Source: Macrostomum lignano (Eukaryota). Taken from it: a DNA stretch of 51,821 nucleotides. The stretch covers positions 1 to 51,821 of the forward strand of contig NIVC01004284.1 of assembly GCA_002269645.1 (NCBI GenBank), given 5' to 3'. Position 1 is the stretch's first letter. Every line of letters begins with the position of its first letter. Of this stretch, positions 38,451 through 49,920 are shown piece by piece. The position numbers and the translations under genes were made by a program. The notes under the pieces are model-generated. The model ran no database searches and had not been told where the DNA came from. It saw nothing but the letters and a program-made list of their open reading frames with translations.

Positions 38451-39386
38451 TTGACTTCCAAAGATCATTTGAAGCCGGAAAGTTCGGAAAGTAAGAAAAT
38501 GATTTACTGCTTAAAAAAACATGAAAATCCATCTCGTTAATGCATGCATTGTAGCTAAGTTTGGAAGTGTTACGTCCTTTAACTATACGAGCTACCAGTA
38601 GGTCCTTGTCTTGAACTTCTTGTTAAATTTGCGCTCCCCTACTTGCGCACCGTGCCGTTAATCACCGGCCGGATGCGAAAATGCCAGCGCATTCCTTAGG
38701 ACGAGTTGGATAACAACAGAGCCCGAAGCTGCATTCATCATCTTCTGCAGCTTTTCCTCGCCGAATACGAGAGGACTGAGCCTTTTTGTTGTAAAAAATG
38801 GCCATTTTGTAAGTCCATAATTTTATTTATTTGCGTGCAAAGACATGGCAGGAGTTGGTGCGTTTTCCTGTTGCGGCTTGGCATCAAAGCGTTACAAAAA
38901 TAGAATTCTACTGCTCGTAGCTGAAACAGTGCAAGGAACTTTCGTCCCGGTTTGCATGCGAGGTACCGTGCAAGCTAGGATATAATTGCACCCCCATGCG
39001 ATGCGCTTAAACACAGACGTCTGGTTCGCGTTTTTCCGCTTTTAACCTTCTTCCCTTCGGAACCCTACGAATTCTTATCAACAAAATCGCGGCTGACTCG
39101 GAAAGGAAGTTTCCAACACGGTGAAGTCTGGGTTGTGGGTGCAGTCTGACAATTTACATCCTTGTCCGCCCTGCCCCAATACCCACCACATCCTGACAGG
39201 CCCGAAAGTTGCAAAGCCGGGGCCAATGACGGAGGGCCATCGCGGACGAAACCTGCGCCAGTCATGTAGTGCTTAAAGCTTTTTTACGTTGCACCAACCT
39301 CGATATTTAGATGCTTCCAGTGGAGGTATTGCTGCAAACACAAAGCGCAATTTGCAAAAATAGCATTGCAAAGACAGAGTAATCTA

Positions 39387-40966
39387 ATGATTCTGCAACT
39401 AGGCCTTCTGTTTCTGTGTCTCGGACACTTTGGTGTCGAGACAACATCGGTGCACGAGGTCGCGATTTCAGTTCGCAGTGTCAAATCCATTGTCTATCGA
39501 GGCATGCAACTGTCCATCTTTGAGCACGTCGAAATGCCCCGTCGCTACTTTTTTCAGCCGCTTAGCTTCCTCGACGCCGCCTCGGCACGTCTTGTGGACA
39601 ATTCCGAACTCAAGCTCACCGAACTCCATTTTGATGTTTACCTGTGGACTGACGAATTCATCCAGCTAGTTGAGAGCCACTTTGCCGAACACAAATCTGT
39701 GGAGCTGCTGCCTCTGACAGAGATCAGTCTGACCTGGTCAAAGCACGCATCCATGTGGCTCGGCGCTGAGTTCAATCGAACATACCGCCTACTGGATGAG
39801 TGGAAAGACGGCGACAAGCCGCATATGAGAAGTACATTCACCATCTTCTGCGACAAGCGTGACGCGTGCGAGCGACTGATGTCGAAGTTCAACCAAAGCA
39901 ACGAGGCGATCGGCAACATTTTCGATCTGAGGTACAAGATCCAGTGCGACAACTCGCGCAACTTCTCGCTAACCGTTCGCAGCAACCACTTCTTGCAGTC
40001 ATCCACATTTCAGCAATTGGACAAATTTGCTTCGCAACACGGCAGTGGTGAGGTTATTATATCTGAGCAGACTGTCGACCAGCTGGCCGACCAAGTGTAC
40101 ACTGCTGCTCTAGCTGATCTGCAGCGCGACGTCAAGCAGCAGCTGACCTCTGTTGACAGCAAGTCGCACCAAGCCATTCTAACAGACCTTCACCGTCACC
40201 TGCGCTCCAACCAGGTGCATCACTGAGCGACTTCCAGTGGAAAAGCAGAGTGTACTGGCCTCAGCACCGGGTCAGTCTTCGGCCTGACCAGTTGTCTCGC
40301 ATTTTCAACGAGCTGTTTAAGCCTTCTGCCACACAGCCTCGAATGGTAACGCTGCCGAACTCCGGTTCGCTGGCGTCTGCCGGTGAGACACTGCCTCCGG
40401 CTGAATTCGCCAAGATCAGCGCATTTGTGCAGCTCCACATCGGCCAGCGCAAAGGCTCCGATCAGCCTGTCGTCCCTGTCAACGAGGTCCACAGCCTGGC
40501 TGTTGAGCTGGGCAGCTATGCCGACTGGGATGTCGCTAAGCGGCAGTTCGTTCCGCCGCCATCCCTCATTCTGTTCCGCGTCGACCTGCTGTCAGTGCGC
40601 CGTCGTGGAATCTTTCTGATGCGCGACATTACCGTTAGCTTCAAGGTGTCGCAGCACATGGACCCGGTACACCCGCTGCCTAAGGACACGGAGTTCCAGA
40701 GCTCTCTGTGGCAGCGCCACTTTGCCGGCTCATTCTGCATCCTGGCTAACCGTGGCGAGCCGCCTGGCATGCAGTGCCGCGTGCTGTCCTACCTGTTGCC
40801 GACCAAGTCTCTGCAGCGAGAAATTCGCAACCAGCTGAGCTCGCCGCGGCCCAGCATCAGCTACAGCGGTGGGCACATCGGGCAAAGCCACTTCTATCAA
40901 GTCAACCCGGAGGAGTTTAGTTTCAGCATCAAGATATGTTGCACAAAGGACTTGGAGAACCCGTAG
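39387..40966 (+). CDS. Secreted protein of uncharacterised family, paralog A; intronless, interrupted by a 1-nt frameshift at ~40220 (526 aa if repaired)
   Basis: ATG 39387 (MILQLGLLFLCLGHFGVETT, signal-peptide-like). ORFs 39366-40226 and 40250-40966 are both colinear with paralog B; GTG CAT CAC TGA GC becomes GTG CAT TCA CTG AGC (VHSLS, as in B) by adding one T. Confidence 0.85.
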
Positions 40967-43800
40967 TGCGATAGGCTCGGATTGTCGGATCGAAAAAATG
41001 GTTAACATTTGTTTTGCAAATGATTTACATCAACGCTCGTATTCGATTAACTTCGAACTTGGCAGCGTTATTTTTAAAATCATCCGTATTGAACTACCGC
41101 ACCCACTAGTTAGTGCTTCGCACTTGATACTAGGTCCTGTCTGCCTCAAATTTCTATCATTATGGTAAAATGTGCGTCATCTTTTCTGTGTAGTTGCTTG
41201 TATTATTGGACCGATATTTTTTAACACGCCAGACCGCGTGCTCGTGTTGTCTTTTTGCATCGGGAATCACAGGTTTTTGTTCTATAACGTTATAGGACTT
41301 CCATTCTGTTATCTATTTCGCAATGCATATATTTAGCATTCGTAATCTATTATTATCTAGCAGAATGGTTTGAAGCAGACTTCTGTGACGAATTGCCAGG
41401 AAAGTATAAATATACAGGAGCAAATCATGCTTGGGTTCAGTGTGAGGGCTGCGTACAACACGACCAAATTTTTATCAGATACCAGATCAGACATTGGAAC
41501 ATCGCATGTAAACGAATCTAATAAACAGATGCTAATTAGCATTTTAATTTTCTGTTGGGCTATTAATGCAAAACTCAATTGTCAGGAAAAGCTAGTAGGC
41601 TTTTAGATATAATCCTTTTCTTCTGCGGAGCAGGGACAGTTTCTCTGAAAAAGTAGAAAACTAATGCCCAGACAAGGAGGGTCTACTTTGGTGCTGCAGA
41701 CTGTTATGACTTCGCACTCTATGAGTGCGCTAGCTATCTAAGATAGCTTTTTTAACTTTCTTTTCCCATGCAGACATTGCTTATAAATAACGCTGACGCA
41801 AATGCATTTACCGCAGCAGAGGGAGAGCGTGTCTGCAGGGAGTTGTCCATGGCAGGCAATGCTAAGCTTCACCCTTAAGCATTGACGAGCGGGCGGCGCC
41901 TGTCACTTGGCTATCAAACTTTTTCCCACTTATCGCGCAGCTCTGATGACTTACTTTACTTTATGCAGACAGACAACCGGTCGTCTGACCCGCAGAACTT
42001 TCCACCCGATCGTTTCCCTGGGGGGGGGGGTACTATTATTTTTGTTTCTTCTAGGTATTCATTTGATTGGCAGTCCAGCATACTTGATGCTGCAAAAGAC
42101 GGACAGTCGATATGTTTGCCTTCGCATCACAACTAGAAAGCTTCAGTCAGTCAATTATTTAACTAATGAAATGTTCCACTCTTTAAGCCCTTTGAAAGCG
42201 CCCACAAGTTGTGCGAATTCTTACGAAAGACACACTGCAGTATTCAGCAAATATAGCAGCGCAATCAGCATTCTTGAGTGACTGTGTCGCCCTTACTTTG
42301 TCTGGTTGGGGTCTGCATACAGCTTTAATTGTTTACGGATGTGGGCGTAAACACAAGAGCATCGGTACAATCGCAGGGTAGGTAAAAAAACTCGAGGCCT
42401 CGTTAAATACGTTTGCAGCTCTCAAAGCTTACTGAAGTTTATGCAGAAGCTTTCAACTGTCAACAGAAGCTAGGAGCTGTCTTAGTTTAAGGTGCATCGT
42501 AAACTTTTTTCAGGAAACTGGTAAGCAAAAATAGCTTTATTTATTGCAGATCCTTTCGGCTGCCGAAACAGTTAAGTCAGCTAATACACCAGCAGTACCA
42601 CTGCTTTATGCTTTATTTATGCTTTTAGTCGCACGCTATTGCCCCTGCTGCAGACAACAACTTTCAGAAGGAAATTCATAAAGTTACTCGAAAGCAACTC
42701 CTGTTGCACCTGTTTTGTTCCTAAGCTGCACTCGAATTCGCGCGGTTGTGTTGCCATAAAAGCTACTTTTTACAAGCCAGGACGCTGACATTTGGGTGAG
42801 GATGGATTGATTCCACAGTTGACATTGGAATCGGCCAACCGTCTGTCTGCTAGCAAAAAATCCAGCCAAATCTGCTGACCGCTTCAATTGATAAGTAGGA
42901 AACTGAAATGTCATCGAGGAACCTGCCGGTACCATTTGATTTTCTTAAACAATGTAGGGCTTTTGTTGTAGGCCTGTTTCGCTGCAATCTTCTATCGTTA
43001 AATTAACAAGCTGCAAATTGTATAGTTCCATTTTAGAGCATTGAGAACTTAGCAATTTCGCATCACATGATGCGCTGCTGGCCGCCGTTCCGAACTTTCG
43101 AGGGATTATTGATGTGAGAGGTAGTTCCTCCCCTGAAGGGTGTTGGTCCGACCGTCCGACGAGACTAACTAGGCGGAACTTTCCTTCAAGCGCCTGCACT
43201 CGCTCAACTTTCCATAGGCAGCGAATAACTAGATGGGTGCCTGGCGCCGCCAGTAATGAGGAAAAGGGGAACTTGGGCCCCAGACCCCCTTTCCCCTAGC
43301 AGATTGCAAATTCCAACGCAACGGGAGTGCGGCGAATTGCTAGCTGAGAGTTGGAGGTGCAGAGGCCAGATTGCCTGGCACCTCCCGCGGAGAAAGAGGC
43401 CAAGTAGACTTACAGACTCGCATTGTAGACCATTTCCGCGCCCCCAGCAACTATCACCAGCTGTTCCTTTCCAAATCTCCCTACAGTTGCAGACTAAACC
43501 AGTTTTCGGTGGGCCTTCACATAGTCATAAACCCAGGCGTGCACAGCAGGGATCCAGATCCCACATTTGGGAACAACTGGCGTCAATTAAACGCCCAATA
43601 CCAGGCCTATTCGCTCTCAGCCAAGTAATTATAAAGATTCTTGCGAAATTCCAACACTTCGGCCTGCATTCTTCACGCCCGAGGTTGTTACAAGAAACCA
43701 CTCATGCTATACAGAATTTGATTGCTAGTCACGTGATTCTGACATAACAGCCCGATGTGCGGGCGTTACCAAGGCAGGCTATCCAGCACCACCTGATCCC

Positions 43801-43808
43801 TATAAATA
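43801..43808 (+). promoter_or_regulatory. Candidate TATA box upstream of paralog B
   Basis: TATAAATA 83 nt upstream of ATG 43884. Confidence 0.45.
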
Positions 43809-43883
43809 CACAGCTGACCAGGAAGGGATACAGGCTTAAATTCCACACTATTTCTTAAAATCGAACAAAATCTGTGACCAAAA

Positions 43884-45731
43884 ATGTTTAACTGGAGGCT
43901 GCTATGCCTCTTCGGCTTCCTGCTAGGACACATCGGCGTCCACGCAGCATCTGTGCACGAAGTGTCAATCTCCGTGCGAAGCGTCAAGTCCATTGTCTAT
44001 CGAGGCATGCAGATCTCGGTATTTGAGCATGTCCAAACGCCTAAGCGCTACTTCTTCCAGCCCTTAGGGTTTCTCGATTCTGCCTCTGCGCGGCTAGCCG
44101 ACAATCCTGGGTTCAACCGCACGGAGCTTCACATCGATATTTACCTGTGGACTGACGAGTTCATCCAGCTAGTTGAGAGTCACTTCACCGAGCACAAGTC
44201 CGTGGAGCTGCTGCCTCTGACTGGACTCAGTTTGACCTGGTCGAATCGCGCATCTATGTGGCTCGGTCCCGACTTCAATCGAACATACCGCCTACTGGAT
44301 GAGTGGAAAGACGGCGATAAGCCGCATATGAGAAGTACATTCACCATCTTCTGCGACAAACGCGACGCGTGCGAGCGGCTGTTTTCGAAGTTCAACCAAA
44401 GCAACGAGGCGATCGGCAACCTTTTCGATCTGAGGTACAAGATCCAGTGCGACAACTCACGCAACTTCTCGCTAACCGTTCGCAGCAACCACTTCTTGCA
44501 GTCGTCTGTCTTCCAATACCTGGACCGGTTTGCATCCCAGCGGCCCGCAGATCGACAAGTGATAATTCCCGAACAGTCTGTGAATGAGCTGGCCGACCAG
44601 GTATACACGGCTGCGCTAGTCGAACTGCAGCGTGAGGCCAAGCAGCACTTCACCTATGTTGACAGTGAGTCACGCCAAGCCATCCTGGCTGATCTGCATC
44701 GCCACCTGCGCTCGCGTCCGGTGCACTCGCTGAGCGATTTCCAATGGAGGAACTACGTCGCCTGGCCTGCTGACCGCCTAGACATGCGCCCGGACAAGCT
44801 TGCGCACATGTTCAACGCTCTGTTCACGGCCTCCGACCGGCCGCTGACAGTGCAACTCACCAGCGCCGACCGGATGAACGAAGTTCGCGAGACCCTGCCA
44901 ACCGCCGAGTTCATGAAGATCGACGCGTTCGTCCGACGCTACACGCCCAGGCGTCCAACCGACACTGTGCCGATCCCAGTTACCGAAGTTCGCGACCTTT
45001 CGCTAGCACTTTCCAGCCCCGTTGTCTGGAATGTGTCCACCAATAGGTTCACCGCCTCGCCAAACAGCGTCATGTTTCGCATCAATATTGAGCAGATAAA
45101 GAGTGAAGGCACGCTGTTGATCCGCGATGTCCTAGTATTCTACAAGGAGACTGCCCATCGGGATCAGGTGACCCCGCTGGATCGCTCCAAAGGCGGCATC
45201 GAGACTACCTGGCGCGCACAGGCTGACCAGCTGGACACCAATCTGCAACAGCTGCAGCAGAAGGTGAGACAACTGGAGTCCAGCCTCAGGCGAGTCTCAT
45301 CCGAGTTCGACAGCTGGACTTCCGTGTACGCGCCTGGAGGCCGCGGTCCAAGTGGCGTCAACCTACGCAGCGGTGAAGCGCCGGTTGAGTTCTACCCACC
45401 GGTTGGCCCCAGAGAGGCCATGCCCGACCTGGCCGCCCTGCGCCGCTCCCTGGCCTCGCTGGAGACCCGGGTGGCCGGCCTGGCCGCTAACCGGTCCCGG
45501 CTCTACCAGCCGCGGTTCGCCGACTCCTTCTGCGTATTGGCTAATCGGGAGAACCCGCCCGGCATGACCTGCCAGATCCTGTCCATGATCATCCCCAAGA
45601 AGTCGCTGCGGTACAGTCCGATATTCGACAGGCGCATTCGCTACCAGGAGGGCCGCATCGGCCAGAGCCACCTGTCCGAGCTGAACGATGACTTTGTCGC
45701 TTTCAGCCTCAAGATTTGCTGCACCGCCTGA
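43884..45731 (+). CDS. Secreted protein of uncharacterised family, paralog B (615 aa, intronless): signal peptide, large N-terminal domain, coiled-coil stalk, Cys-bounded C-terminal domain
   Basis: Intact 615-aa ORF; MFNWRLLCLFGFLLGHIGVHA signal peptide; heptad-like LDTNLQQLQQKVRQLESSLRRV and LAALRRSLASLETRVAGL; C-terminus FADSFCVLAN...FSLKICCTA shared with paralog A; AATAAA at ~45961. Confidence 0.92.
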   Translation: MFNWRLLCLFGFLLGHIGVHAASVHEVSISVRSVKSIVYRGMQISVFEHVQTPKRYFFQPLGFLDSASARLADNPGFNRTELHIDIYLWTDEFIQLVESHFTEHKSVELLPLTGLSLTWSNRASMWLGPDFNRTYRLLDEWKDGDKPHMRSTFTIFCDKRDACERLFSKFNQSNEAIGNLFDLRYKIQCDNSRNFSLTVRSNHFLQSSVFQYLDRFASQRPADRQVIIPEQSVNELADQVYTAALVELQREAKQHFTYVDSESRQAILADLHRHLRSRPVHSLSDFQWRNYVAWPADRLDMRPDKLAHMFNALFTASDRPLTVQLTSADRMNEVRETLPTAEFMKIDAFVRRYTPRRPTDTVPIPVTEVRDLSLALSSPVVWNVSTNRFTASPNSVMFRINIEQIKSEGTLLIRDVLVFYKETAHRDQVTPLDRSKGGIETTWRAQADQLDTNLQQLQQKVRQLESSLRRVSSEFDSWTSVYAPGGRGPSGVNLRSGEAPVEFYPPVGPREAMPDLAALRRSLASLETRVAGLAANRSRLYQPRFADSFCVLANRENPPGMTCQILSMIIPKKSLRYSPIFDRRIRYQEGRIGQSHLSELNDDFVAFSLKICCTA

Positions 45732-47300
45732 TGACTGCAGTGAGGCTGCAAAGTTTGAGTGGTTCACATTGACCTTAACTATGAAGACAACAAATGAGAA
45801 ATATTTTCCGGGCTCAGTCTCCCGATGAGCGCGGCATTTGGTCGCATTCTACCTTTGACTCTAAATTAGTAGTTAAACCTTTGTGCAGTGCAACCCAGTT
45901 TTACCAACCTCTCCAATTTTTTATTCAGCCAGCATTCTCTCGAAATGCTACTATTAGTAAAATAAAAAACGGCGCAAAAAGCTTTTCTTTTCAAATCCAA
46001 CTGCTAGCTGGAAGCAAATAAAAATTGATACAACAGCGTTCATTTCGGTACTGTTTCATAACTTATTGGTGTCAATGTATAGTTGAAGATTTGCTTATTT
46101 TAACCAATTGTCCATCCACGTACAAGGCTTAGATTGGCACTCCATTCTATTCTTTCTTCCATGGTGGAAATGCTCAAAATACCGTTGCATTTTTCTACAG
46201 CGCTGAATGGGCTTTCGCCATAGACAATTTCAGTCCAGAAGATCCTATGACAAAAATACACTAAGGAGATAGGAATTACTACTGGAACTGACCTGAAGGT
46301 ATTACTTTAAGTAGCGTAAATTGACGGAATGCAAATCTGAACTAACGTCAGCCTTTATCTTCGGTTTGTTTATCATGGCTGGCTAACTGATTTCTATTCA
46401 GAGGCTTGCAGGCAAAATGCATTTGACTAAAATCAGGCTCTTCTAAACCCGAGTCGGGTCGAATCGATGAGACTGGGCTATCATGAAATCAGAAGAGATG
46501 CCAGCAAGGGCTGGGTGAAGCAGCAGGCATGGCGGCAGCGGGGAAGTGACAATGGGAAGCAAAGCGGGACACAAGCGATCAATCGATTGTCAGTCGGTGC
46601 ATGATCTGGGAGGCATTGTGGGATGAGAGCTGGGTCTTGCAAGCTGGCTGCCAGGAAGGCCCGCAAAGTCTTCGGATTGCGACTGCAGCGGCAGAAAGTG
46701 CCAATGCAGATGATTTTTCCCTACCGGAGCAGTTTTCGCCTTTCCCTTTCTGCTTTTTGCACTTTTCGGTTAAATTAAGGCATGATTGATAGAGCTTCCC
46801 GGAGCAGACCTTTTATTTATTATTCCATTAGTATTATTTATTATTATGCTGGTAAAAAAACAAACTACTTAAGCTCCCATGGCTGTGAGTTTCTAGGGGC
46901 ATTGGTTCTTGATAGAACCAATTCTTTCGGTTTTCGGTATTAATCTTGTTTTCATACAGTAAGTGACGACTGATGGAGAGCGTCCTCAGAGCTCTGGCTT
47001 ACACCAATCTGAGCTGCTATTCAAAGTTAATCTGTGATCTGAGGCTGAGCTTATCCTCAAATACCACACAGCATATTGATGAAGAATAATATTCTCGCAC
47101 GCCAATTCAAGCTCAGCATCCTTATTTTATCGCAGCCAATATAGGCATTGAGAGGGCTCTCATTCCCTAGCCAGTCTGCCCCATAAGAGGATAATTTTCT
47201 GTGGCGAATCCGAATCAGCATGAAAATCATTCCCCTAAGACTGAGCACCTTTTCAACAGAGAATGTTTTTTGTCTCCATTAAAGATTTGGGGTTCTGAGC

Positions 47301-48576
<1,276 letters not shown>

Positions 48577-48974
48577 GTGTTCGGTGATTAATGTTGCCGC
48601 AGCCAACGGCAGACAGGAAACTGTGTCAGTTTCAATTCACACCAGCCCCTTCCGGTGGATAACGGACAGCGCGACTGACTGACTATCATTACATGAAACA
48701 GTTGGAAAAGCAATATTCAGAAATACACTGCCGCCTTGAACTCGGCTCAGCTTCTTCCGACATCAAGGTAATACTCGTACCAAAGCAAGAGCAGGGAGCG
48801 GTAGGATAACCGCTGCAGATCGCTATTGTGCGACAGGATAAATGGGGGAACGGGCTGAGTCCCCATTTTTGTTGTTTTTTATTAGTGAATTTTACGTTTG
48901 AGTTGCATCTGAGCTGACTTTTCATTAATTTTCTTTAGGAGAGGCGCAGCTTTTCATTCTCTGCTTTTGTCAAT

Positions 48975-49361
48975 ACAGTCAGTCAGTCAGTCAGTCAGTC
49001 AGTCAGTCAGTCAGTCAGTCAGTCAGTCAGTCAGTCAGTCAGTCAGTCAGTCAGTCAGTCAGTCAGTCAGTCAGTCAGTCAGTCAGTCAGTCAGTCAGTC
49101 AGTCAGTCAGTCAGTCAGTCAGTCAGTCAGTCAGTCAGTCAGTCAGTCAGTCAGTCAGTCAGTCAGTCAGTCAGTCAGTCAGTCAGTCAGTCAGTCAGTC
49201 AGTCAGTCAGTCAGTCAGTCAGTCAGTCAGTCAGTCAGTCAGTCACCCACTCACTCAAGTCAGTCAGTCAGTCAGTCAGTCAGTCAGTCAGTCAGTCAGT
49301 CAGTCAGTCAGTCAGTCAGTCAGTCAGTCAGTCAGTCAGTCAGTCAGTCAGTCAGTCAGTC
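48975..49361. repeat. (CAGT)n tetranucleotide microsatellite
   Basis: Direct reading. Confidence 0.97.
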
Positions 49362-49583
49362 TGGTTTAATACCGCACGCTCTCAGCTGGCCATAAATGGA
49401 GGTTTTAAAATCAAAGATGCGAAACTTTTTACGGAATTATGAGTTATGGATTGTTTTTTTAGTTGCTTAACCTTCCGCCTTTATTTTTCATTATTTATTT
49501 GCACTGGCTGAGCAAGCAGCAGAGCGGGCAGGCTGTCCGAGTTAGTGTCCAGTCAACATGTCCTGCTCGCTATCTTTCCGCTT

Positions 49584-49891
49584 TTATTTGTCCAACTGGT
49601 CAGCCGAGGAAACCCGGCGAGCCTCTGGACGATGAAACGGCTGCCGCAGACTGTCGAGGTCGGACTCTAGCGGCATGCCGAACATGGCCGCCGCCTCCGA
49701 GCTGCTGCCAGCTCTCTTAGCCAGCCTGGCCTGCCGCAGGCGGCGCAGCACCTCTAGGAGGACGCTGTCGGGAGGCAGGCGACCGTCGTCTACAACAGCG
49801 TAGCCAGTGTTGATGCCAAGGACATCCGTCTCGTCACCGGAGCTGTTGGCCAGCGGCGTCGGGAGCAGAGCGGCGAATAACGCGATGGCAA
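49584..49891 (-). CDS. Probable last coding exon of a secreted (neuro)peptide precursor
   Basis: GC-rich ORF segment VAIALFAALLPTPLANS (signal-peptide remainder), acidic spacer, dibasic sites LAKR and ARR; candidate acceptor CATCCATAG ending at 49892 with CTCTGAC branch-like motif upstream. First exon not identified. Confidence 0.5.
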
Positions 49892-49920
49892 CTATGGATG
49901 CGGAGTTGTTGGCGTTTGTC

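Noticed and set aside
38025-38461. Small mitochondrial-type protein (MRFAGLLRAAFK...)
   Set aside because: Better explained as a frameshifted LINE ORF2 C-terminus with a (TTG)n tail.
49560-49660. Insulin B-chain-like VCGSRFIVQRL in an alternative - strand frame
   Set aside because: Frame has a stop just upstream, lacks the second B-chain Cys at the right spacing and any A chain, and is in the wrong position relative to the signal peptide.
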